Shown piece by piece: positions 55,674 to 64,000 of a DNA stretch of 64,000 bases. Origin of the DNA: Planctomycetota bacterium. Its GTDB lineage: Bacteria; Planctomycetota; JAJSAM01; JAJVHW01. The stretch's first letter is position 1; each line of letters begins with the position of its first letter. Both the position numbers and the translations under genes were made by a program. The notes under the pieces were generated by a model. It saw only the letters and a list, made by a program, of their open reading frames with translations, was not told the DNA's origin and made no database searches. The DNA lies in contig CBDFJG010000001.1 in NCBI GenBank assembly GCA_965248445.1, forward strand, positions 384,001 through 448,000. The letters run 5' to 3'.

Positions 55674-58322
55674 CTTCTTCGCGCTCTTCTTCGTGCTCTT
55701 CGTGGCGGTCTTCTTCGCCGCCTTCTTGCGCGTTGTCTTCTTGCGGGTCGTCTTCTTGGTGCCCTTGCGTCCGCCACCCGAGGCGACGCGCTTCTCGATG
55801 AGGTCGACGGCCTCCTCGACGGTCAACGCCGCGGGGTCCGCGTAGTCCCTCGGCAGCGATGCGTTGATCTCGCCGTCGGTGACGTAAGGACCGTACCGGC
55901 CCTTCAGGAGTCGGATGTCGGCGCCACCTCGCGCTTCGACCTTCTCGAACGTCTTGATCGGTTCGACCGTCCGCCGAGTGCGCTTCTCTTTCGCGAACAG
56001 CTCGAGCGCTCGAGGCAGTCCGACCGTCAGCACGCCGTCCGTCGCTTCGAGGCTGCGGTACTCCTTCTCGCGCTTCACGAAGGGGCCGTAGCGCCCGACA
56101 CCGGCCTCGATCACGCGGCCCTCGGCATCCACGCCCAACGGCCGCGGCAGCGAAAGCAGTTCCAGCGCGACGTCGAGTGTGACGGAGTCCGGCGCCATGC
56201 CCTTGAGCAACGAGACCATCTTGGGCTTCTCTTCGGACTCGTCCTTTGTGCCGAGCTGGACATACGGTCCGAAGCGCCCGTTCTTCACGAAGACCGGCTT
56301 GCCGTTCTCCGGGTGCTCGCCGATGGGCGTGTCGCCCTTGCGCACCGTCTCGAGCATCTCGATCGCCTTGTCGAGCGAGAGCTCGTCGGGCGGCGTCTTT
56401 TCGGGAACGCGCGCGGTGTCATCACCGCGTGAGATGAACGGACCGTACCGCCCGACACGAATCGCGACCGGCGTGCCGTCCGCGTCGACCCCGAGGGGGA
56501 TCGTGCAGACCGTGCGCGGATCGATCTCCTCCGCCTTCGTGTCGAGCGTGTTGCGGAGTCCGCGCTCGCCACGATAGAAGTCGTTCAGGTAGGCCAGCGT
56601 CTGTTCCTCGCCCCGCGCGATCGCGTCCAGGCGATCTTCCATGCGCGCAGTGAAGTCGAGATCGATGAGCGCGGTCAGGTGCTCGCGCATCAGGCGGACG
56701 ACGGCGAACGCCGTGAACGTCGGGACCAGGGCGTTGCCCTTCTTGAACGTGTACTCGCGCCGCTGGATCGTGTCGATGATCGACGCGTAGGTGCTCGGAC
56801 GGCCGATGCCCGACTCCTCGAGCAGCTTGACGAGCGTGGCCTCGGTGAGGCGGGCCGGCGGCGACGTCGTGTGGGACTCGGACTCGAGCCCGCCGAGTGT
56901 CAGCGGGTCGCCCTCCGCGAGCGCCGGGAGCAGGACGTCCTTGTCGGCCAGCGCGGCCTCGGGGTCATCGGATCCCTCGACGTATGCCCGCAGGAAGCCC
57001 GGGCGGTCGATCACCGTGCCGCCTGCGTGGAACACGGCGAGCTTGCCGTTCGCACTGCCGCCGACGCGAAGAACCATGCGCCGACCGACGGCGTCCCGCA
57101 TCTGGCACGCCATCGTGCGTTTCCAGATGAGCTCGTAGAGGCGCGCCTCGTCATCGCCGAGCTTCGCACGCACGTCGCTGACCGTGCGAACGTGCGAGCC
57201 GGCCGGGCGGATGGCCTCGTGGGCCTCCTGCGCGTTCTTGACCTTGTTCTTGTACTGGCGCGGGTTCGGCGGCAGTTCGTCCTCGCCGTAGGTCTTCGCG
57301 ATCGCCTGGCGGGTCATCCGGATCGCGTCGCCGGAGAGCGCGACCGAGTCCGTTCGCATGTAGGTGATGTAGCCGTTCTCGTACAGCTTCTGCGCCGCAC
57401 GCATCGTTCGGCGAGCGTCGAAGCGCAGCTTGCGGTTGCCCTCCTGCTGCAGCGTCGAGGTCGTGAACGGCGCGGCAGGCCGGCGGACGTAGGGCTTTTC
57501 CTGTGCGTCGGTCACGGAGAACGACGCGGAGCCGAGCGCGTCGGCGAGACCGCGTGCGTCGTCCCCGCCGAGCAGGGCTACCTTCGCGTTCTTCAGCTTG
57601 CCCGTGTCGGCGTCGAAGTCCTTCCCCGTCGCGATGCGCGCGCCGTCGAGTTCGATCAGGCGAGCCTGGAATGCCGCGCCGTCCTTCGTCTTGAAACTGG
57701 CGAGCAGATCCCAGTAAGTCGCTTCGTGGAAACGCATGCGCGCCTGCTCGCGCTCGACGATCACTCGGGTGGCGACGCTCTGCACGCGGCCGGCGGACAA
57801 GCGCGGCGCGATCTTGCGCCAGAGGATCGGCGAGACCTCGTAGCCGTACAGGCGGTCGATGATGCGCCGTGTCTCCTGCGCCTCGACGAGGTTCTTGTCG
57901 ATCTCGCGGGTCTCGCCGACGGCCCTCTCGATGGCCTGGCGGGTGATCTCGTGGAACACCATGCGGTGGACCGGGACCTTGGGAGCGAGCAGCTGCACGA
58001 TGTGCCAGCTGATCGCCTCGCCCTCGCGGTCCTCATCGGTCGCGAGGTAGATCGAGTCGACCGTTTTCGCCAGTTTCCGGAGCGCCGCGATGCGGTCCTT
58101 CTTGTCTGGCTGAATGACGTAGAGCGGCTTGAAATCGTCGTCGACGTTCACGCCGAGCCTGGCCCACTTCTCCTTCTTGTACTTCGCCGGTATCTGCGCA
58201 GCGTTGCCGGGCAGGTCCCGCACGTGACCCACGGTCGCTTCCACGATGTAGTCGTCGCCCAGGAAACGGCGCAGGGTGCGCGCCTTGGTCGGCGACTCGA
58301 CGATGACGAGGTGCTTGGCCAT
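55668..58322 (-). CDS. topA: DNA topoisomerase I
   Basis: IVESPTKA, ATDEDREGE, SAGRVQS, YITYMRTDS, GRYGPY repeats and a Lys-rich tail. Confidence 0.97.
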   Translation of the reverse strand: MAKHLVIVESPTKARTLRRFLGDDYIVEATVGHVRDLPGNAAQIPAKYKKEKWARLGVNVDDDFKPLYVIQPDKKDRIAALRKLAKTVDSIYLATDEDREGEAISWHIVQLLAPKVPVHRMVFHEITRQAIERAVGETREIDKNLVEAQETRRIIDRLYGYEVSPILWRKIAPRLSAGRVQSVATRVIVEREQARMRFHEATYWDLLASFKTKDGAAFQARLIELDGARIATGKDFDADTGKLKNAKVALLGGDDARGLADALGSASFSVTDAQEKPYVRRPAAPFTTSTLQQEGNRKLRFDARRTMRAAQKLYENGYITYMRTDSVALSGDAIRMTRQAIAKTYGEDELPPNPRQYKNKVKNAQEAHEAIRPAGSHVRTVSDVRAKLGDDEARLYELIWKRTMACQMRDAVGRRMVLRVGGSANGKLAVFHAGGTVIDRPGFLRAYVEGSDDPEAALADKDVLLPALAEGDPLTLGGLESESHTTSPPARLTEATLVKLLEESGIGRPSTYASIIDTIQRREYTFKKGNALVPTFTAFAVVRLMREHLTALIDLDFTARMEDRLDAIARGEEQTLAYLNDFYRGERGLRNTLDTKAEEIDPRTVCTIPLGVDADGTPVAIRVGRYGPFISRGDDTARVPEKTPPDELSLDKAIEMLETVRKGDTPIGEHPENGKPVFVKNGRFGPYVQLGTKDESEEKPKMVSLLKGMAPDSVTLDVALELLSLPRPLGVDAEGRVIEAGVGRYGPFVKREKEYRSLEATDGVLTVGLPRALELFAKEKRTRRTVEPIKTFEKVEARGGADIRLLKGRYGPYVTDGEINASLPRDYADPAALTVEEAVDLIEKRVASGGGRKGTKKTTRKKTTRKKAAKKTATKSTKKSAKKG

Positions 58323-58493
58323 CTGTGGTGCGGGATTCTCCGGTTCGGCGGGCGTTCGTGGACTCGCGGCGCACGCCTCCATGGGTGGCGCGAGCGGAAA
58401 GGGTTACCCGAGATTCGCGGGTCGGACCATGATCTTCCCGGGCGGCAACACCGCTCGCCCCGCGTGCTCCGTAGGAGCAGAGGAGTCGAGAAA

Positions 58494-58730
58494 GTGGCAG
58501 TTGACGAGTTTCTCCTCGGACTTCTGGCCTGCCCCGAGTCACGGGCGCCGCTCGTGCTGGTCGAGGACGGCGAGGCGACATGGCTAGTCTCGACCGACGC
58601 TGCCACGCGGCGGCGGTACGCCGTGCGCGACGGCATCCCGATCCTGCTGATCGACGAGTCCGAGCAACTGGACGAAGAGACCTGGCGCGCCCAAGTGGCG
58701 GCCGGTCGCGCAGCCTCAGGCGCAGCGTAG
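58494..58730 (+). CDS. Trm112-like protein
   Basis: LLACPESRAPL..RYAVRDGIPILLIDE; GAGGAG upstream. Confidence 0.85.
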   Translation: MAVDEFLLGLLACPESRAPLVLVEDGEATWLVSTDAATRRRYAVRDGIPILLIDESEQLDEETWRAQVAAGRAASGAA

Positions 58731-58739
58731 GGAGAGATC

Positions 58740-59411
58740 GTGCAGGCCTATAAGGGTGAGTTCATCGAGTTCATGGTGCGTGCCGGGGTCCTTCTCTTCG
58801 GGGACTTCGTCACGAAGAGTGGCCGGCGGACCCCGTACTTCGTCAACACGGGCAAGTACCGCACCGGCGAGCAGCTTCGGGCGCTCGGCGGTTACTACGC
58901 CGAGTCGATGATCGAGCACTTCGGTGACGGCTTCGACGTCCTGTTCGGGCCCGCCTACAAGGGCATCCCGCTCGTGACCGCCGCTGCGCTGGCCTTGGCG
59001 GATCGCGGCCGCGACGTGGCGTACTGCTTCGATCGCAAGGAGCGCAAGGCCCACGGAGAGGGTGGCGTGATCGTCGGCCACCAGCCCGCGGACGGCGACC
59101 GCGTGCTGATCGTCGAGGACGTCACGACGGCAGGCACGTCGATCCGCGACACGGTCCCCAAGCTCCGCGCCGCCGCGGACATCTCGCTCGCGGGACTCAT
59201 CATCTCCGTGGACCGCCGGGAGCGCGGCCCCACCGGCCGCGGGGCTCTCGAGCAACTGGCCGACGAGTTCGACATGCGCTGCCACGCCATCGTGACCATC
59301 CATGAGGTCATCGAGCACCTGCACGGCCGAGAAGTCGACGGCACGGTCCACATCGACGACGAGGCTCGTGAGCGGATCGCGGGCTACCTCTCCGAGTACG
59401 GCGTCGACTGA
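58740..59411 (+). CDS. pyrE: Orotate phosphoribosyltransferase
   Basis: KSGRRTPYF, GPAYKGIP and VEDVTTAGTS motifs. Confidence 0.96.
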   Translation: MQAYKGEFIEFMVRAGVLLFGDFVTKSGRRTPYFVNTGKYRTGEQLRALGGYYAESMIEHFGDGFDVLFGPAYKGIPLVTAAALALADRGRDVAYCFDRKERKAHGEGGVIVGHQPADGDRVLIVEDVTTAGTSIRDTVPKLRAAADISLAGLIISVDRRERGPTGRGALEQLADEFDMRCHAIVTIHEVIEHLHGREVDGTVHIDDEARERIAGYLSEYGVD

Positions 59412-59424
59412 CGCCGCGAAGCGT

Positions 59425-62025
59425 TCATCGCCGCAGATGGTCGAGGATCTCTCGGACGGCCTCGCGGAGCGTCAGGGGCTGCGCCCCACGGCGGCGGTTC
59501 TCCGCAGCGATCCGGAACGCGATGCGCCACTGCTCGAAGAGCACCCGATACGCCTCGACCAGGCCGTGCCTCGGGTCGTAGATGTGCGCCGCCTCGGAGG
59601 TGAGGCCGTTGAGTTCGAGGATGCGGAACCCCTCTCCGCGGCGAAACACGTCGAGATCGGTCGCCCGAACGTCGTACCGGCCGAAGTAGAAGCCGCCGAA
59701 CGCGCGGCTGATGCGGTCGAACGCGTCCTCGAGCGCCGGAGTGCGGAACGCCTCCCCGTCCAGGAACACAGCGCCCAGGGAATGCGTGCCGATCTCCGCG
59801 ATCGGCGCCTCCGCACCCACCGCGGGCACGGTGCGCAGTCGCGAGGCGTTCGTGCGGAGGTACACCGGCGCCATCCGCACGGCACGGGCGTCGTCGAGAA
59901 TCAGCCGTTCCAGCGTGCGGACGCCGTCGCCCGTGAGCGTCGGGAGCCGCTTCTCCGCGATCGAGAACACGCACCCGCGCTCCTCGCCGGGAATGCGGTA
60001 GTAGAAGACACCGAACTCGTGCCCATCGGCGTACTCCTGCACGATCGTGTCCCGCGTCGCGGCGGCGAGGTACGTACCGAGTTGCGCGTCGTCCCGGACG
60101 ATGCTGACGCCCTCGCCGCGCTCTCCGACATCCGGTTTCAACACGACGGGGTACGAGAGTTCGTGGTCACGCAGAAACGCGTTCGCCGCGGCGACGCGCT
60201 CAGCTGCGCCGAGGTTCGCGCCGACCGTCCGCAGCGCGGGCACCGGAGCCCCACTGGCGCGGAGGGCCTCCAGAATCTCGCTCTTCGACTCGCCGACGAG
60301 ACCACCGCCTCGGATCGCCGGGTTCACGGCCGTCACGAGTGAGAGGCTGCGGTGCCGCAGCGCCAGCCACACGACGTACGCCGTGACGGGGGCGTAGAAG
60401 ACCCAGCGTGGCCAGAACTCGAAGTGACGAACGCGCCCGAACGAGCCAACGAGGAGACGCCGACCACGGTGGCTCAGCAGCTTCAGGCCGACGCGCTCGA
60501 CGAAGAAGATCGCGGCGATGAGGATCAGCGCGGCGGGCAGCCCCCACCTGCCCAGTTGCTCGAGAGAGTCGTACGCTCGGGTGCCGACCAACGCGGAGAA
60601 TCCCACGATGATGGGTGTCCAGATCGCGCAGGCGAGTGCGAAGTAGAGAGTGCACACCGCCAGGTTCGTGCGCAGGACGCCGGCCGCGACGTAGGTCGGC
60701 AGGCGTAATCCGGGGACGAAGCGAGAGACGAAGATCGCACGAGCGCTGCGCGCGCCGAACCACGCAGCGGCCGCGTCGACACGGTCCCGTGGGATGAACC
60801 AGCGCAGCGGAGCGCGAGAGAGAACCGGACGACCCAGCCAGCGTCCAGCGACGTACAGCGCGAGGTCGCTCAGGAAGTTGCCCAGCCAGCACGCGAGGAT
60901 CGCTGCGACGAAGTCCATCCGACCCTGTGCGACCAGCAGGCCGGCACCGATGCAGGTCAGATCCTCCGAGACGAACGCCGACGCGATCAGGAGTCCCATC
61001 AGAACGAGCAGAGCGAGGCCCGAGAGCGGCGCGACGTCGTCGATGGCGAACGGCGTGGCCGCCGCCGCGACGCGCTCCGGAGCGGCCCCGGCGCGGCCAG
61101 ACACCCGCCCGAGTTCGACCCGATCGAGGAAGCCGCCGACGACATCTGCGACCTCGTCCGTGCGGCTGAAGAGGACGAGATGCCCCTCCGGCAGCCATTG
61201 CAGTTCGCTCTGCGCAACGATCCGGTGGTGCTCGATTGCGACCTCCGGAGGGACGAGCGCATCCTCCCGTCCGTGCACGATGAGCATCGGGCCGGCATGG
61301 CGCTCGAGCATGGCGCGCAGCGGGCGCTGATCGGTGTCGAAGAAGTTCCGCGCATACGGCACGCCGAACGCCGCGTCGTCGAACGCGCCGAAGTGCGGAA
61401 ACCCCCAGTCGATCGCGCGAATCATCGCGAGCTGCATGCCGTGCACCACGTGGTTCATGCGGTACGAGCCGAACAGCTCGAGCTCTTGGACGCCGATAGC
61501 AGAGATCATGGAGACGGAACGGATTCGGTCGGGCGCCCGGTCCGCCGCGCGGACCGCCGCGCCGCCCGCCATGCTGAACGCCACGAGGTGGGCACTCTCG
61601 CGTCCCAGTTCGTCGAGCAGCTGCTGGACGTACAGGGAGTGGGCGTCGGTCGAGTAGTCCGGCACGTGCCGTTCGGAGTGCATGAAGCCGGGTAGGTCCG
61701 GCACGAAGACGTCGTATCGCTCGCCGAGACGAGCGCCCATCGCGCCGAAGTCCTGGATGCTGCCCGGGCTGCCGTGGAGCAGCACCACGGCCGGAGCATC
61801 CGGCCGTCCACCGGGCGGGAAGCGCCGATAGACGACGCGGACGGACTGCGCAGTGAGTTCACCGCCGTCCACTGCACGCAGATGCGCCACTTGCTGACCC
61901 GGAAGAAGAGGCCTCTTGTCGCTCCGGGCCGCCGCCACGAGGTGCGAGACCACCAGAACGAGCACGTAGGCGATCAAGAGACGGACTGGCCAGCGTCTAC
62001 GCGGCCGGGCGATCTCCGCGTCCAT
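59425..62025 (-). CDS. Fusion protein: alpha/beta hydrolase + DedA/VTT + ATP-grasp-like domain
   Basis: LHGSPG and AFSMAG; SEDLTCIGAG and RFVPGLR; VLKPDVGERGEGV, GRYDVR and ELNG. Confidence 0.85.
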   Translation of the reverse strand: MDAEIARPRRRWPVRLLIAYVLVLVVSHLVAAARSDKRPLLPGQQVAHLRAVDGGELTAQSVRVVYRRFPPGGRPDAPAVVLLHGSPGSIQDFGAMGARLGERYDVFVPDLPGFMHSERHVPDYSTDAHSLYVQQLLDELGRESAHLVAFSMAGGAAVRAADRAPDRIRSVSMISAIGVQELELFGSYRMNHVVHGMQLAMIRAIDWGFPHFGAFDDAAFGVPYARNFFDTDQRPLRAMLERHAGPMLIVHGREDALVPPEVAIEHHRIVAQSELQWLPEGHLVLFSRTDEVADVVGGFLDRVELGRVSGRAGAAPERVAAAATPFAIDDVAPLSGLALLVLMGLLIASAFVSEDLTCIGAGLLVAQGRMDFVAAILACWLGNFLSDLALYVAGRWLGRPVLSRAPLRWFIPRDRVDAAAAWFGARSARAIFVSRFVPGLRLPTYVAAGVLRTNLAVCTLYFALACAIWTPIIVGFSALVGTRAYDSLEQLGRWGLPAALILIAAIFFVERVGLKLLSHRGRRLLVGSFGRVRHFEFWPRWVFYAPVTAYVVWLALRHRSLSLVTAVNPAIRGGGLVGESKSEILEALRASGAPVPALRTVGANLGAAERVAAANAFLRDHELSYPVVLKPDVGERGEGVSIVRDDAQLGTYLAAATRDTIVQEYADGHEFGVFYYRIPGEERGCVFSIAEKRLPTLTGDGVRTLERLILDDARAVRMAPVYLRTNASRLRTVPAVGAEAPIAEIGTHSLGAVFLDGEAFRTPALEDAFDRISRAFGGFYFGRYDVRATDLDVFRRGEGFRILELNGLTSEAAHIYDPRHGLVEAYRVLFEQWRIAFRIAAENRRRGAQPLTLREAVREILDHLRR

Positions 62026-62037
62026 GAAGGCTTCCCC

Positions 62038-62772
62038 TCACCGGGGCGCCGCGCGCACAACGCGACGCGGGAGGCTCAGTACGGGGCCGGCGGGGGTCCG
62101 GCACGGCGGGCCCGGTGTGTGGCGCAGCTCCACCGTGACCGGCCCGACGTCGATGCGCGTCATGCTGCGCGTTGCGGCGTCCTCGCGATGCATGCACGGC
62201 GAGTACGGTCCGCGACCACCGGCGTGGCCGCGGTGGAACGCCTCCACGTGGTCGGGGGTTCGTTCAGCGAGTTCCCGGAACGCGGCGCTTCGGCGGACAC
62301 GCACATCGCTCTGGCTGAACGCTGAGGAGATGAGTGGGACACGCCGGTCGGCGCGGCGGTCCTCGAGCCGTGACTGCCCGTCCCACTCGACGACGAGCGC
62401 TTGCGCGGCGGGAGTGAGCGCCGCGAGCACGAACGGGCGGTATGCGCTCAGGTCGGCCGCGGAGAGTCGTGTTGAGACCGCCTCCACCGAAGACGCGTCC
62501 GCCAGTGACGATACGAGCAGCCCGCGACTCGTGAACTCATGCTCCGCGTGATTGGGCCGGCCGTATCCGTTCAGGATGCACACCGTCAGTCCCAGCTCGT
62601 TCGTGGCAATCCACGTCCCGCCGAAGTCCGCGTCCTGCGGGGCCAGAATGCGGACACCGCGAGACTCGTGAACAGAAGGCCCGATCTCCGGGCCGCGCGT
62701 CCGCCGTTCATCCCGGTTGAAGAAGAGGTGGTACCCCGCGTCACGTGCGGGCAGCCAGCTCACGGTGCACAT
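62038..62772 (-). CDS. NRDE/TANGO2 family protein
   Basis: MCT start, NRDE, GGTW and SRGLLV motifs. Confidence 0.9.
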   Translation of the reverse strand: MCTVSWLPARDAGYHLFFNRDERRTRGPEIGPSVHESRGVRILAPQDADFGGTWIATNELGLTVCILNGYGRPNHAEHEFTSRGLLVSSLADASSVEAVSTRLSAADLSAYRPFVLAALTPAAQALVVEWDGQSRLEDRRADRRVPLISSAFSQSDVRVRRSAAFRELAERTPDHVEAFHRGHAGGRGPYSPCMHREDAATRSMTRIDVGPVTVELRHTPGPPCRTPAGPVLSLPRRVVRAAPR

Positions 62773-63296
62773 GTGCGGCTCTCCTGCCAGCTGTGCAGCG
62801 TGGATGGCGCAACGCCGAATTCCCGCCCCGGATCGTGGCCGGCGACGCGCAGGATCATGGCGACGACTGCGAAGTGATGGACTGTGTGGCTGATCAGTGA
62901 CTGGAGTTCCCGATCGAGCGAAGACGTCGTCCAGGGAACCTCGTCAGAGCCGGTTTGGGCGGCGTCCAGGCGGACCACGAGCGGCCGGGGCACACCAGCG
63001 CCACGCATCCCGCGAAGCCGCGACTTCACGTCCCGGAGCCGCTGGATCACCGCGCTGCAGCTCCGTTCCAGGCGCACGTCGCGCTCTCGCGCGTCGTAGT
63101 TCACGCGGCCGTCCACCAGCCCGGCGAAGAGGCACTCGTAGAAGTCGATGCAGTGGCGCACATGGCTGCCGACGCCGCTCGACGCCAGGCGCGGCTCCGA
63201 ACGCGCGTATGTCGCGTCATCGAGTCTCTCGATAACGCGAATGCCCTCGTCGAGTATCCGAACGTTGCTGCGGATGAGCGCTTCTCGCTGACTCAT
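62760..63296 (-). CDS. DinB family protein
   Basis: GSHVRH, YDARER, SHTVHH and FGVAPST motifs. Confidence 0.85.
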   Translation of the reverse strand: MSQREALIRSNVRILDEGIRVIERLDDATYARSEPRLASSGVGSHVRHCIDFYECLFAGLVDGRVNYDARERDVRLERSCSAVIQRLRDVKSRLRGMRGAGVPRPLVVRLDAAQTGSDEVPWTTSSLDRELQSLISHTVHHFAVVAMILRVAGHDPGREFGVAPSTLHSWQESRTCAP

Positions 63297-63336
63297 GACG
63301 TCTCCGGATGATGAACGACCACGCGTCTCGACATGC

Positions 63337-63999
63337 CTAACCGAGGACCGGTGTGAATTGTGCCTGGACCGACCGATGCGCCGCGCGCGCCAGCGCCTTG
63401 CGGTCCCCGTCCACCACGGGGTTGGCGCCGAACGCCACTCTCGCGCGCACGGAGGGTATCTGGAGCAGCCCGTACAGGTGCCGCCCGAACGTCATGTCGC
63501 CCCACCAGCAAACCGACGTACTCGGTGGATGGGCGGCGCTACCGGTCTGGTACGAGAGGCTCGCGCACCACACCGGGCGTCCCGTCCTCGCTGGAACCTC
63601 GAAGATCGACGGCTTGAAGTGCAGCACCTCCGAACCCGCGGTGCTCGTGCCCTCCGGGAAGACCACGACGCCCACGTCCTCGGCCAGCGTTCGTTCGACC
63701 TCCGCGATCGCGCGCCGCAGATCCGCCTTCCGTTCCCGGTCGACGAAGAGGGTGCCGGACGTCCGCGCCAAGAGCCCGATGACAGGCCACCGCGCGACAT
63801 CCGACTTCGCAACGAACACGCAGTCCGCCAGCGTCAGCAGCACGACGATGTCGAGGTACGACAAGTGGTTGCAGACGAGGAAGAACGGAGCTTGCGGTGC
63901 GTGTCCGACGGTCTCGGTGCGCACGCCGAGCAACCACGCGACACCGCGCGCCCAACTGCGCTTGACCCAGATCCGCGCCCGCGTACCGAGGCGGGGCGC
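63337..63999 (-). CDS. Lysophospholipid acyltransferase (PlsC family), 5'-partial
   Basis: NHLSYLD, FVAK and FPEGT; frame open to the window edge. Confidence 0.9.
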   Translation of the reverse strand, partial: APRLGTRARIWVKRSWARGVAWLLGVRTETVGHAPQAPFFLVCNHLSYLDIVVLLTLADCVFVAKSDVARWPVIGLLARTSGTLFVDRERKADLRRAIAEVERTLAEDVGVVVFPEGTSTAGSEVLHFKPSIFEVPARTGRPVWCASLSYQTGSAAHPPSTSVCWWGDMTFGRHLYGLLQIPSVRARVAFGANPVVDGDRKALARAAHRSVQAQFTPVLG

Positions 64000-64000
64000 G

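Noticed and set aside
1..64000. UGA reassigned genome-wide to Trp or Gly, as an explanation for the in-frame TGAs
   Set aside because: Many genes end in TGA at family-typical C-termini with ATGA/GTGA overlaps (e.g. queC-queE, mrp genes), so TGA is a normal stop here.

Overview
High-GC bacterial chromosomal window of about 55 densely packed genes. The gene repertoire (HEAT+vWA proteins, a Ser/Thr kinase, a TIGR03790-like protein, DUF4388, LPS genes) suggests a Planctomycetota-like diderm, but this is inference only. Contents in order: an LPS-core/envelope cluster (three GT4, one GT2, one GT9, three Kdo/WaaP-type kinases); an ECF sigma / anti-sigma / DsbD-like unit; an FHA protein and Ser/Thr kinase; an MglA-MglB-type small-GTPase cluster with three roadblock domains; HEAT-vWA pairs; a Mrp antiporter operon with three MrpD-like subunits; housekeeping genes (queC, queE, folA, thyA, ispH, topA, pyrE); and an uncharacterised acyltransferase-DinB-NRDE-(hydrolase/DedA/ATP-grasp) operon. 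The most notable signals are two candidate selenocysteine (UGA) recoding events that the ORF track misses. One is an unannotated 29-codon membrane peptide ending GGGGG-U-G-stop, resembling the C-termini of eukaryotic SelS/SelK and followed by a SECIS-like hairpin. The other is a DsbD-like protein whose thioredoxin CxxC reads U-I-N-C. Also seen: a tail-anchored MglA, two frameshifted genes, a recurrent leaderless-promoter geometry and GTAG REP-like repeats. I recognised no rRNA, tRNA, CRISPR array or transposase. All family calls come from motif recognition by eye, and no database search was run.
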